DNA from: Clostridia bacterium
GTDB lineage: Bacteria; Bacillota; Clostridia; Oscillospirales; CAG-272
Assembly (NCBI GenBank): GCA_017532045.1
Contig: JAFXJW010000055.1
Location: 1-38,555, forward strand
DNA: 38,555 nt
Direction: 5' to 3'
Shown: positions 9,580-17,812 of the stretch, one piece after another
Layout of the letters: each line of letters starts with the position of its first letter
How positions within the stretch are numbered: the first letter of the stretch is position 1
Made by a program: the position numbers and the translations under genes
The notes under the pieces: generated by a model
Database searches by the model: none
Seen by the model: the letters and a program-made list of their open reading frames with translations, nothing else
Told to the model about the DNA's origin: nothing

Positions 9580-11046
9580 ATGTCTGAAAAACTTACTCCC
9601 AAGAAGATCCTCTTTGTGGGCGCAGAGGTCATGCCCTTCGCCGCAACGGGCGGCCTGGGCGACGTCATGGGCTCTCTGCCTGCGGCGCTCCGTGCCAAGT
9701 ACGGCGAGGATGCCGACGTCCGTGTGATCTGCCCTCTGTACGACAAGATCCCCCCCGCCACCGTGGCGGCCATGAAAACCGAGGCTGTGTTCAACGTCAA
9801 GCTCGCTTGGCGCAACCAATACTGCGGCATCCGCTCCATTGTGAAGGATGACGTCACCTTCTACTTCGTGGACAACGAGTACTACTTCAAGCGAGGCGCT
9901 CTGTACGGCCACTTCGACGACGGCGAGCGCTACGCCTTCTTCTGCCGCGCCGTGCTGGATATGATGGAGCAGCTGGACTACTTCCCCGACATCCTCCACG
10001 CCAACGACTGGCAATCCGCCCTGTCCGTGGTCTATCTCAAAACGGAATACGGCTGTAGAAGAAGCGAATACGCCGCCATCAAGACGGTGTTTACCATCCA
10101 CAACATTGAGTATCAGGGTCAGTACGACTTCGCCCTGCTTCAGGACGTATTCGACATCCGCCCCGAGTTCTACACCCTCATGGCCTACGACGGATGCATC
10201 AATCTGGCCAAGGCTGCCGTGGAGTGCGCCGATCGAGTCACCACCGTGTCTCCCACCTACGCCCAGGAGATCATGACCCCCACCTACTCCCACCGCCTGC
10301 ACTTCATTCTGGCCCGTTACAGCCGCAAGGTCAGCGGTATTCTCAACGGCATTGATCAGGTCTACTACAACCCCGCCGCCGACTCCGAGATCCCCTACTG
10401 CTTCTCCGCCGAGGACGTATCGGGCAAGGCTCAGGACAAGCTGGCCTTCCAGAGAGAGTACGATCTGCCCGAGGACGCCGACGCCCCCATGATGGCGGTC
10501 ATTTCCCGCCTTGCCTCCCACAAGGGCGTGGACATCATTGCGGGTATGCTCCGTCACGTGCTGGAGACCCACCCCAAGGCGCAGTTCGTGGTGCTGGGCA
10601 CGGGAGAAGCTCAGTTTGAAAGCTACTTCCGTCAGCTGGAGCAGGACTTCCCCCGAAGAGTTCGCGCCTTCATCACCTACAACCGCGCCCTCTCCAAGAA
10701 GATCTACGCCGCCGCCGATATTTTCCTCATGCCCTCCAGGTCCGAGCCCTGCGGTCTGTCTCAAATGATCGCTTGTCGCTACGGCACCATCCCCGTGGTT
10801 CGTGAGACCGGCGGTCTGTACGACTCCATCAAGCCCTACTTCGAGGACGAGAACGGCCCTCACGGCAATGGCTTCACCTTTGCCAACTACGAGGCCTCCG
10901 AGCTGGAGGAGAGAGTCTGCGCCGCCCTCGCTCTCTACGAGCATGAGCCCGAGAAGTTCGCCGCCCTCCGCTACCGTGCCCTCACCTCCGACTTTTCTTG
11001 GGATGCCTCCGCCGAGAAGTACATGGAGATGTATCAGAATATGTGA
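9580..11046 (+). CDS. glgA: Glycogen synthase (ADP-glucose type)
   Basis: KILFVGAEVMPFAATGGLGDVMGSLP (KxGGL motif) and a GT5 C-terminal domain. The ATG at 9580 has a GGAGG RBS at 9565-9569. The ORF-track start at 9538 has none. Confidence 0.92.
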   Translation: MSEKLTPKKILFVGAEVMPFAATGGLGDVMGSLPAALRAKYGEDADVRVICPLYDKIPPATVAAMKTEAVFNVKLAWRNQYCGIRSIVKDDVTFYFVDNEYYFKRGALYGHFDDGERYAFFCRAVLDMMEQLDYFPDILHANDWQSALSVVYLKTEYGCRRSEYAAIKTVFTIHNIEYQGQYDFALLQDVFDIRPEFYTLMAYDGCINLAKAAVECADRVTTVSPTYAQEIMTPTYSHRLHFILARYSRKVSGILNGIDQVYYNPAADSEIPYCFSAEDVSGKAQDKLAFQREYDLPEDADAPMMAVISRLASHKGVDIIAGMLRHVLETHPKAQFVVLGTGEAQFESYFRQLEQDFPRRVRAFITYNRALSKKIYAAADIFLMPSRSEPCGLSQMIACRYGTIPVVRETGGLYDSIKPYFEDENGPHGNGFTFANYEASELEERVCAALALYEHEPEKFAALRYRALTSDFSWDASAEKYMEMYQNM

Positions 11047-11072
11047 GGAGCGGGAGAGCGAGTCTCCGACGG

Positions 11073-11124
11073 CTTAAGAGCCCTTTTGAAAAAGGGTTCT
11101 TAAGAATCTCCTAAAACTTTCAAA
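11073..11124. repeat. Partial mosaic hairpin repeat, copy R1
   Basis: CTTAAGAGCCCTTTT-GA-AAAAGGGTTCTTAAG (11073-11104), then AATCTCCTAAAACTTTCAAAAAG. This aligns with 19674-19725 of copy R4. Confidence 0.7.
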
Positions 11125-11161
11125 AAGAAAACCTACCGACGAAAATCGGTAGGTTTTTTTG
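11125..11161. terminator. Bidirectional rho-independent terminator between convergent glgA and the GH13 gene
   Basis: AACCTACCGA (11130-11139) / TCGGTAGGTT (11146-11155), flanked by an A-run and a T7 run. Confidence 0.85.
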
Positions 11162-11174
11162 TATTAAATAATGA

Positions 11175-13145
11175 TCACTTCAAAACGCAGAAGCTATCCG
11201 CTCCCATGGTCAGAAGTCCATCCTTGAACTCCACCTCACCGCAGGACAGGGCAATGCTTCCCTCCGTGGTTACGGGAATGGCTATCTCTCCCTCACCACG
11301 GTGGACGGCCACGGTGACGGTATCACCGCCGCCATTAGCGGCGATGCCGTCGGTGGCGGCTCTTTGGTAGACAATATAGTCCCCGCCGTGGGAAAGAATG
11401 CAGAAGTCACCGCCGTGGAATGCGGGGGACTTGCGAAGCTCGCCCAAGGAGCGGTAGTGGTTCAGCAGATCGGCACGGATGGGATCATCCAGATCGTGCC
11501 AGGGGAAGGGAAAGCGGCAGAAGGGATCGTGGAAACCCTCCATGCCCACCTCGTCACCGTAGTAGACCGAGGGAATACCGAACACCGTGAACTGCAGGGT
11601 GGAGGCCAGCTTCAAAAGGCGGGCGGCCTTCTGTCGCTTCTCGGGGGAGAGGCGCAGGGTGGCCAGCTCCTCGTTGGGACGGTCGTAATCATCCCAATCT
11701 GCACCGAGGACGGTGAGGATGCGCTCGGTGTCGTGGGTGCCGACGAGGTTCATGAGGGCATCCAGCACGGAGCGGGGGTAGGAGGCGTACAGCTCGGTAA
11801 GGGTGTGGTAGAGGGTCTCGGCGTCCCCGTCACGGATGAAGGCGAGAATGCCGGATCGGACGGGGTAGTTCATGACGCTATCCAACTGCTTACCCTGGAG
11901 GTAGCGACGACGGTTTCCGTAGGCCACCTTGTCGGCGGCATTCTCCCAGACCTCGCCAATGATCACGGCCTCCCCCTCGGGGCGGTCTGCCGATGCGCCC
12001 TTCACCGACACTCGAAGCTCATCCAAAAACTCATCACTCAGCTCGTCGGCCACGTCCAATCGCCAGCCGCCGATGCCCTTCTTCACGTAGTGGGCGCACA
12101 CACCGTTCTCCCCTGTGAAGTAGTGGCGGCACTCCTCGGTGGCATGGTTGAGCTTGGGCAAGATAGGAATGCCCCACCAGGACTCGTACTCGTCGGGGAA
12201 TTGGCGGAAGCAGAACCACTGGCGGTAGGGAGAATCCTCGGCCTGCACCGCTCCCACGGTGGGGTAGATTCCGTAGCGGTTGAAGTAGCGGCTATCGTCC
12301 CCCGTGTGATTGAACACGCCGTCAAGGATGATCTTCATGCCGTACTTCCCCGCCTCGGCAATGAGGTTGTCCAGAGCCGGCTCGCCGCCAAAGCCGCCGT
12401 CCACGGTCATGTAGTCACCCGTGTCGTACTTGTGGTTGGAGTAGGCCTCGAAAATGGGGCTAAGGTAGATAACCTTGACCCCCAAGGAGGCCAAATAGTC
12501 TAGCTTTTCGGCCACGCCCCAGAGGTTGCCGCCGAAGTGGACGTGGTTGGTCAGATGTGCCCCGGGGTAGGCGGGGTACTGGGGAATGCCCCCCTCCCAA
12601 TCGGGGTTGATCTCGGGGGCTCGTTCCCCACGTCGTCGGGTAGTCTCCCCCTCGCCCTTGGCAAAACGATCCACGAAAACGTGGTACATGACCCCCGCCC
12701 CGAACCAAGTTGGAGCGGCGTAGTCGGTCTCGTGGATGAGCAGGCGGAAGGCGGCTCCGCCGTGGGTCACCAGCTCGAAATCCACGTTGTTGACGCTATC
12801 CGAAAACAACGTATCCCCCCGACGGACGAACAGAAGGCGGTAGTAGAACAGCCCCGAGGGGGTATTGCCACAGAGGTCGGCCGTGTCCAGCGTCAGCTCA
12901 TAGGTGTCGGTGAGGGTAGACACGTCCCCGGAGACAAACTCAAAGGGAGTATCCCGCTCGGCGCAGCCGTCCCGCCACAGGCGAAGCACCACGGCAGATG
13001 CCCCCAGGGTGCGGGGACAGGCGACGGCAAGGCGCAGGGTCTCCCCCTTGGGGAATGCCCCCAGATGGGTGACATCTCGGCCGTCGGCGGTGTATTTGGA
13101 GAAGGTAATAGAAGCGGTTGAATCTATGGGAAAACGAGGAAGCAT
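11175..13145 (-). CDS. GH13 alpha-amylase family glycosidase (neopullulanase/maltogenic-amylase-like, with an N-terminal extra domain)
   Basis: GH13 conserved regions DGVFNHTG, GGWRLDVADE, IIGEVWE, LVGTHDTER. The start is taken at ATG 13143-13145 (MLPRFPID) with a GGAGCAGGG RBS. The upstream part of ORF 11175..13205 reads into a repeat. Exact specificity cannot be told from sequence alone. Confidence 0.8.
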   Translation of the reverse strand: MLPRFPIDSTASITFSKYTADGRDVTHLGAFPKGETLRLAVACPRTLGASAVVLRLWRDGCAERDTPFEFVSGDVSTLTDTYELTLDTADLCGNTPSGLFYYRLLFVRRGDTLFSDSVNNVDFELVTHGGAAFRLLIHETDYAAPTWFGAGVMYHVFVDRFAKGEGETTRRRGERAPEINPDWEGGIPQYPAYPGAHLTNHVHFGGNLWGVAEKLDYLASLGVKVIYLSPIFEAYSNHKYDTGDYMTVDGGFGGEPALDNLIAEAGKYGMKIILDGVFNHTGDDSRYFNRYGIYPTVGAVQAEDSPYRQWFCFRQFPDEYESWWGIPILPKLNHATEECRHYFTGENGVCAHYVKKGIGGWRLDVADELSDEFLDELRVSVKGASADRPEGEAVIIGEVWENAADKVAYGNRRRYLQGKQLDSVMNYPVRSGILAFIRDGDAETLYHTLTELYASYPRSVLDALMNLVGTHDTERILTVLGADWDDYDRPNEELATLRLSPEKRQKAARLLKLASTLQFTVFGIPSVYYGDEVGMEGFHDPFCRFPFPWHDLDDPIRADLLNHYRSLGELRKSPAFHGGDFCILSHGGDYIVYQRAATDGIAANGGGDTVTVAVHRGEGEIAIPVTTEGSIALSCGEVEFKDGLLTMGADSFCVLK

Positions 13146-13177
13146 GGTTCCCTGCTCCTTTCGGATTAGAATAGTGA

Positions 13178-13389
13178 ATGCAGGGGCTTCACCCCTGCAC
13201 CCCACCTAAACCCTTTTTGCAAAACCTCCTCGCTTTGCTCGGGGCAAATTCGTCTGCGACGAAGTTTGCGAGGGTTTAGGAATCCCAAAAACCTTTAAAC
13301 AACAATGCTTTAAAAGGTTTTGGGGGTCAAGGCCCTTTTCTCAAAAGGGCTTTGCGGGGAGTGGGGCAGAGCCCCACAAACCCCAATTT
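13178..13389. repeat. Mosaic hairpin repeat, copy R2 (module order A-B(core)-C-D-E-terminal motif)
   Basis: Module A: GCAGGGGCTTCACCCCTGC at 13180-13198. Module B: arms CTAAACCCT (13206-13214) / AGGGTTTAG (13271-13279) around the 55-nt core. Module C: CCCAAAAACCTTTAAA...TTTAAAAGGTTTTGGGGG at 13284-13326. Module D: GCCCTTTTCTCAAAAGGGC at 13332-13350. Module E: GTGGGGCAGAGCCCCAC at 13361-13377. Terminal motif: AAACCCCAATTT at 13378-13389. Confidence 0.9.
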
Positions 13390-13400
13390 ATTTCCCCCAC

Positions 13401-13429
13401 ATTATATCATAAAACCCATGTTCTGTCAA
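13401..13429 (-). promoter_or_regulatory. Consensus SigA promoter upstream of repeat R2 and the GH13 gene
   Basis: Minus strand reads TTGACA (13429-13424), exactly 17 nt, TATAAT (13406-13401). The predicted TSS near 13394 places all of R2 in a leader of about 250 nt. Confidence 0.6.
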
Positions 13430-13449
13430 CAAAATCCCCAAAATCACGC

Positions 13450-13482
13450 AAGGGTGGCGCACCGAGACGGTGAACCACCCTT
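13450..13482 (-). terminator. Probable terminator of glgP
   Basis: AAGGGTGG (13450-13457) / CCACCCTT (13475-13482) enclosing an inner CACCG-AGA-CGGTG hairpin. On the minus strand it is followed by GCGTGATTTTGGGGATTTTG, which is moderately U-rich. Confidence 0.4.
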
Positions 13483-13501
13483 TGTTTTGAGGATGCTTTG
13501 A

Positions 13502-15934
13502 TTAGTGAACGGGCTTAATGTGCCAGAAGCGGTCGGCGTACTCACGGATGGAGCGGTCGGCGGCGAAATGGCCGGAGGCGGCGGTGTTGAGCAGAGCCAT
13601 ACGAGTCCAGTGCGCACGATCAGAATAGGCCTTGATGCAGGACTCATGGGCAAGGCGGTAGGACTCAAAATCAGCCAGACACATATAGGGGTCGGCCACG
13701 CCGTGCTGCCCGCCCAACAGGTAGGTGGTGAGGTCCGCAAAGGACTCCCCGCCAAAGCCAATGTTAAGAGCGGCCATGATGCGACCCAGACGGTTGTTGT
13801 TGGAGTAGAACTCCACGGAGCGGTAGCCACGGAGCCAGAGCTGCTCCACCTCGGCGGCAGTCAGGCCGAAGATGAACATGTTCTCCTCACCCACGGCGGC
13901 CTGCATCTCCACGTTGGCGCCGTCCAGCGTACCCAGGGTGATGGCGCCGTTCATCATGAGCTTCATGCAGCCCGTGCCGCTGGCCTCCTTACCGGCCAGA
14001 GAGATCTGCTCGGAGATATCGGCAGAGGGGACAAGAATCTCGGCAGTGGACACGTCGTAATTTTCCAGGAACACCACGTTCAGCTTCTCACGGATGCGGG
14101 GAGACTGGTTGATCTCCTTCTGGAGCATGCACAGAAGCTGGATGATGCGCTTGGCCATATAGTAGCCGGGAGCGGCCTTGGCGCCAAAGATGAAGGTCTG
14201 GGGACGGATATCCAGATCGGGATTATCCTTGAGATCCAGATACATACCGATGATGTTCAGAGCGTTCAAAAGCTGGCGCTTGTACTCGTGGAGGCGCTTG
14301 ATCTGCACGTCGTAAACGGCGTGGGTATCCAGACGGATGCCTGCCTTGCGGTAGAGGTGGTTGGAGAACTTCTCCTTGTTGGCGTGCTTGATGGCGCGGA
14401 AACGCTCCAGAACGTCGGGATCGTCAGCAAACTTGGCAAACTCAGCAAGCTCCACGGGGTTCTTGCGGTAGCCCGTGCCGATGGTCTCGTCCAGAAGGCC
14501 TGCCAGCTCGGGGTTGGAATAGCACAGCCAGCGGCGGTGAGCGATACCGTTGGTCACGTTATCGAAGCGGCCGGGATACATACGGTAGAAGTCCTTGAAC
14601 ACGCTATCCTTAAGAATGGTGGAGTGCAGCTTGGACACGCCGTTGACCGAATGAGAGCCGATGACGGCCAGGTTGGCCATACGGATCTGACCGTAGCCAA
14701 CGACGGCCATCTTGGACAGGCGGGGCCAATTGCCGGGGAACACCTGCCATGCCTCGCGGCAGAACCGCTCGTTGATCTCCTTGATGATGGTGTAAATGCG
14801 GGGGAGCTTCAGACGGAACAGATCCTCATTCCATGTCTCCAGCGCCTCGGGCATAACGGTATGGTTGGTGTAGGAGCAGATCTCCTTTACCATCTCCCAC
14901 GCACGATCCCAAGGATAGAAGTACTCATCCACCAGAATACGCATCAGTTCGGGGATACAGAGGGTGGGGTGGGTATCGTTGAGGTGGATGGCCACCTTGT
15001 CGGCCAGATTGTCCAGGGTACCGTAGACCGCCATGTGGTCACGAATGATGGACTGCACCGAGGCGGAGCAGAGGAAGTACTGCTGGGTCAGGCGAAGAAG
15101 CTTACCCTCGGTATGGTTGTCGGCGGGGTACAACACCTTGGAAATGGCGTCGGCATTGGTGGCCTCCTCCATAGCGCGGGCATACTGTCCCTGAGAGAAC
15201 AGGCCCATGTTGAAGTTCTGAATACTGCGAGCCTTCCAGAGGCGGAGGCGGGACACGCCCACGGAATCCGCGCCCGAGATCATCATATCATAGGGGACAG
15301 CCTCGATCTCCTCGGCATCCTCGTAGATGACCTCCATACGGCCGTCGGGCTTCCACTCCTCGTGGATGCGGCCGCCGAAGCGGACGTGGAACACACGGTC
15401 GGTACGGGGCACCAGCCACACGTCACCGCCGGGGAGCCACACGTCGGGCAGCTCCACCTGAATGCCGTCCACGATCTTCTGCTTGAAAAGACCGTACTCG
15501 TAGCACAGGGAGAAGCCGGTGGCAGGGTAGTCCAGAGAGGACAGGGAGTCCATGAAGCAGGCGGCGAGACGGCCAAGACCGCCGTTGCCCAGACCCGCAT
15601 CGGGCTCGCACTCGTAGAGATCGTCCAGCGTATAGCCCAGCGTGGAGAGAGCCTCTGCGTAGGCCTTGTCAAGGCCCAGGTTGCAGACGTTGGTCTTGAG
15701 GGAGCGGCCCAGCAAGAACTCCATGCACATGTAGTACACACGCTTGCCGCCTGCCTGATTGACCTTCTTCTTGAAGGCGCCCCGCTTCTCGGTGAGAATG
15801 TCACGGATGGTCATAGCAGTGGCCTTGTAGATCTGTTCCTTAGAAGCCTCTGCAGAGGTGCAGCCAAAGAAACGGGAAAGCTTGATCTCAAGATTCTCCT
15901 TGATCTCGGCAGCGGTAGGTTTACAGTTGATCAT
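13502..15934 (-). CDS. glgP: Glycogen/maltodextrin phosphorylase
   Basis: GT35 family with the PLP-lysine motif EASGTGCMKLMMNGA, about 810 aa. The start is taken at ATG 15932-15934 (MINCKPTAAEIKENLE). The first 55 codons of ORF 13502..16099 are read-through of repeat R3. Confidence 0.9.
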   Translation of the reverse strand: MINCKPTAAEIKENLEIKLSRFFGCTSAEASKEQIYKATAMTIRDILTEKRGAFKKKVNQAGGKRVYYMCMEFLLGRSLKTNVCNLGLDKAYAEALSTLGYTLDDLYECEPDAGLGNGGLGRLAACFMDSLSSLDYPATGFSLCYEYGLFKQKIVDGIQVELPDVWLPGGDVWLVPRTDRVFHVRFGGRIHEEWKPDGRMEVIYEDAEEIEAVPYDMMISGADSVGVSRLRLWKARSIQNFNMGLFSQGQYARAMEEATNADAISKVLYPADNHTEGKLLRLTQQYFLCSASVQSIIRDHMAVYGTLDNLADKVAIHLNDTHPTLCIPELMRILVDEYFYPWDRAWEMVKEICSYTNHTVMPEALETWNEDLFRLKLPRIYTIIKEINERFCREAWQVFPGNWPRLSKMAVVGYGQIRMANLAVIGSHSVNGVSKLHSTILKDSVFKDFYRMYPGRFDNVTNGIAHRRWLCYSNPELAGLLDETIGTGYRKNPVELAEFAKFADDPDVLERFRAIKHANKEKFSNHLYRKAGIRLDTHAVYDVQIKRLHEYKRQLLNALNIIGMYLDLKDNPDLDIRPQTFIFGAKAAPGYYMAKRIIQLLCMLQKEINQSPRIREKLNVVFLENYDVSTAEILVPSADISEQISLAGKEASGTGCMKLMMNGAITLGTLDGANVEMQAAVGEENMFIFGLTAAEVEQLWLRGYRSVEFYSNNNRLGRIMAALNIGFGGESFADLTTYLLGGQHGVADPYMCLADFESYRLAHESCIKAYSDRAHWTRMALLNTAASGHFAADRSIREYADRFWHIKPVH

Positions 15935-16023
15935 ATCGGTTATCACTTTCTTAGATTGGTTTCGATGGATATACATATTATTTGTTGGCAGGAGAAATTT
16001 TATGTGTAATGGGGGAGCATGTC

Positions 16024-16229
16024 GCAGGGGTTTCACCCCTGCACCCCACCTAAACCCTTTTTGAAAAAAGGGTTTAGGAATCCCAAAAACGTTTAACAAA
16101 TATATTTTTTAAAGGTTTTTGAGATTCCAAAGAACTTCGCAAACTTTGCCGCAGGCAAATTTGCCCCGAGCGAAGCGAGGAGGTTTGCCAAAAAGTTCTT
16201 TGGTGGGGGTGTGAGGGCAAAGCCCCCAC
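16024..16229. repeat. Mosaic hairpin repeat, copy R3 (A - empty B - C - filled B with inverted core - E)
   Basis: Module A: GCAGGGGTTTCACCCCTGC at 16024-16042. Empty B: perfect palindrome TAAACCCTTTTTGAAAAAAGGGTTTA at 16051-16076. Module C hairpin: 16082-16122. Filled B: arms CCAAAGAACT (16127-16136) / AGTTCTTTGG (16194-16203) around the core at 16137-16190. Module E: GTGAGGGCAAAGCCCCCAC at 16211-16229. Confidence 0.9.
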
Positions 16230-16230
16230 T

Positions 16231-16239
16231 ATTATAGCA
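16231..16239 (-). promoter_or_regulatory. Candidate extended -10 promoter (TGCTATAAT) that would drive glgP through repeat R3
   Basis: Minus strand reads GGTGCTATAATAG. The TATAAT at 16236-16231 overlaps the stop codon of the upstream ABC ATPase gene. The -35 is poor (CCGGAC). Confidence 0.35.
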
Positions 16240-16975
16240 CCTTCGCCAGGAAGGTCCGGAGTCTTTCGCTCCTGGGGTTCTCAAAGAGCTCTCGGGGCTC
16301 GCCCTCCTCAATGATGCGGCCGTCGGCCATGAAGATCACGCGGCTACCCACCTCACGGGCAAAGCCCATCTCATGGGTGACAACGATCATGGTCATACCG
16401 TCACGGGCCAGCGACTTCATAACCTCCAGCACTTCACCCACCATTTCGGGGTCGAGTGCCGAGGTAGGCTCGTCGAAAAGCATCACATCGGGCTGCATAC
16501 ACAGGGCACGGACAATGGCAACACGCTGCTTCTGACCGCCCGAGAGCTGGCTGGGGTAGGCATTTGCACGGTCTGCCAGTCCCACCTTCTCCAGAAGCTC
16601 CATAGCCAAAGCCTCAGCCTCGGCACGGGACTTCTTCAGAAGCTTCATGGGGGCGATGGTCATGTTGCGGAGGATGGTCATATGGGGGAACAGGTTGAAA
16701 TGCTGGAACACCATGCCCATCTTCTGACGGTGGATATTGATGTCGGCCCCCTTGGCCAGTATATTCTCCCCGTTGACGTAGATCTCACCCTCGGTAGGCA
16801 CCTCCAGAAGGTTCAGGGAGCGCAGAAAGGTAGACTTACCGCTACCAGAAGGGCCGATGACCACCACGACCTCGCCGTGATGGATGACGGTGTCCACACC
16901 GTCCAGAGCCTTGATCTTATCGCCCTTGTAGTACTTTTTCAACCCGCTGACACGGATGATCTCATTAGCGCTCAT
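16232..16975 (-). CDS. Polar amino-acid ABC transporter ATP-binding protein
   Basis: [35 protein letters not shown]. GlnQ/ArtP-like, 247 aa. Confidence 0.9.
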   Translation of the reverse strand: MSANEIIRVSGLKKYYKGDKIKALDGVDTVIHHGEVVVVIGPSGSGKSTFLRSLNLLEVPTEGEIYVNGENILAKGADINIHRQKMGMVFQHFNLFPHMTILRNMTIAPMKLLKKSRAEAEALAMELLEKVGLADRANAYPSQLSGGQKQRVAIVRALCMQPDVMLFDEPTSALDPEMVGEVLEVMKSLARDGMTMIVVTHEMGFAREVGSRVIFMADGRIIEEGEPRELFENPRSERLRTFLAKVL

Positions 16976-17708
16976 TCTTACGCAGCCTCCTTTCCAGAAC
17001 TCCCACCAGTGCCGTCAGCACCACCACCAGAACAAGGTAGATGAGCGCCACGGCGATCAGAGGCAGAAAGGCCGAGAAGGTACGGCCTCGGATGAGATCT
17101 CCCGCCTTGGTCAAGTCCATAACGCCCACGTAGCCTGCGATGGAGGTCTCCTTGAGGAGCACAATGAACTCGTTACACAGGGTAGGCAGCACGCTCTTGA
17201 ACACCTGAGGAATGACGATATGAAGCATAGTCTGGACATAGTTAAAGCCCAGAGAGCGACCCGCCTCAAACTGTCCGTTGTCAATGGACATGATACCTCC
17301 ACGCAGAATCTCTGCCACGTATGCGCCCGAGTTGATACCGAAGGCGATGGTGGCGATGAGAATATCGTTACGGGAGGAGGCGAAAATAATAAAGTACATG
17401 ATGAGGAGCTGCACCATAACGGGAGTACCTCGGATAACCGTCAGATACAGCTTGCAGATGCCGTTGACAAAGGTAAACACGTAGTAGCCAAAGCCCTTGT
17501 GGAGCGCCATGGTCTCACGGTTCTTGTCGTAGGAAGAGCGGACGGCCGCTACTACGACACCCAGAACCACACCCATGAGCAGAGCAAAGAAGGTGATGAG
17601 CAGCGTGTTTTTCAGACCCTGCACCAGCCACTTCCACATAGAGCCGTCAATAAAATTCAAACGAAAGTCTGCCGCAAAATCGGCAAACCAAGCTTTCATG
17701 CCTTCCAA
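16965..17708 (-). CDS. Polar amino-acid ABC transporter permease
   Basis: HisM/GlnP-type permease with an EAA-loop region ([24 protein letters not shown]). Overlaps the ATPase gene by 11 nt. The start is TTG 17706-17708 (GGGGAAG RBS), with an alternative ATG at 17699. Confidence 0.85.
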   Translation of the reverse strand: MEGMKAWFADFAADFRLNFIDGSMWKWLVQGLKNTLLITFFALLMGVVLGVVVAAVRSSYDKNRETMALHKGFGYYVFTFVNGICKLYLTVIRGTPVMVQLLIMYFIIFASSRNDILIATIAFGINSGAYVAEILRGGIMSIDNGQFEAGRSLGFNYVQTMLHIVIPQVFKSVLPTLCNEFIVLLKETSIAGYVGVMDLTKAGDLIRGRTFSAFLPLIAVALIYLVLVVVLTALVGVLERRLRKNER

Positions 17709-17812
17709 ATTTCTTCCCCTTTCTTTTGAAAGAAAACAGAGGGAGGAGAGGGGATGCGAGCCCCCTCTCCTCTCGGTTTACAGTTCCCTCGGGAACGGTT
17801 GCTCAAGGACGG

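Noticed and set aside
15935-16099. N-terminal extensions in the ORF track that run into repeats: glgP to 16099, metY to 24933, cdd from 19752, the GH13 gene to 13205, and the ORF 34050..34346.
   Set aside because: The extensions translate repeat modules, and the same peptides recur at unrelated loci. Internal ATGs with good RBSs align with the normal N-termini of the protein families, and mapped promoters lie inside or downstream of some extensions.
16166-16172. GCGAAGC / GCAAAGC / GCAGAGC strings in many module loops (also 37426-37432 and 25139-25145 on the minus strand). These recall the very stable d(GCGAAGC) DNA mini-hairpin and hint at a single-stranded-DNA function.
   Set aside because: The G-N-A type loops do not fall consistently on one strand of the element: some modules read GAA on one strand and AGA/TCT on the other. 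I cannot support a strand-specific ssDNA signal from this window alone.
16127-16203. The 77-nt clamped core as a tRNA-like or otherwise known small RNA gene.
   Set aside because: There is no T-loop (GTTCRANYC) or D-loop signature, no anticodon-stem geometry, and no promoter or terminator of its own. It occurs in both orientations relative to transcription.
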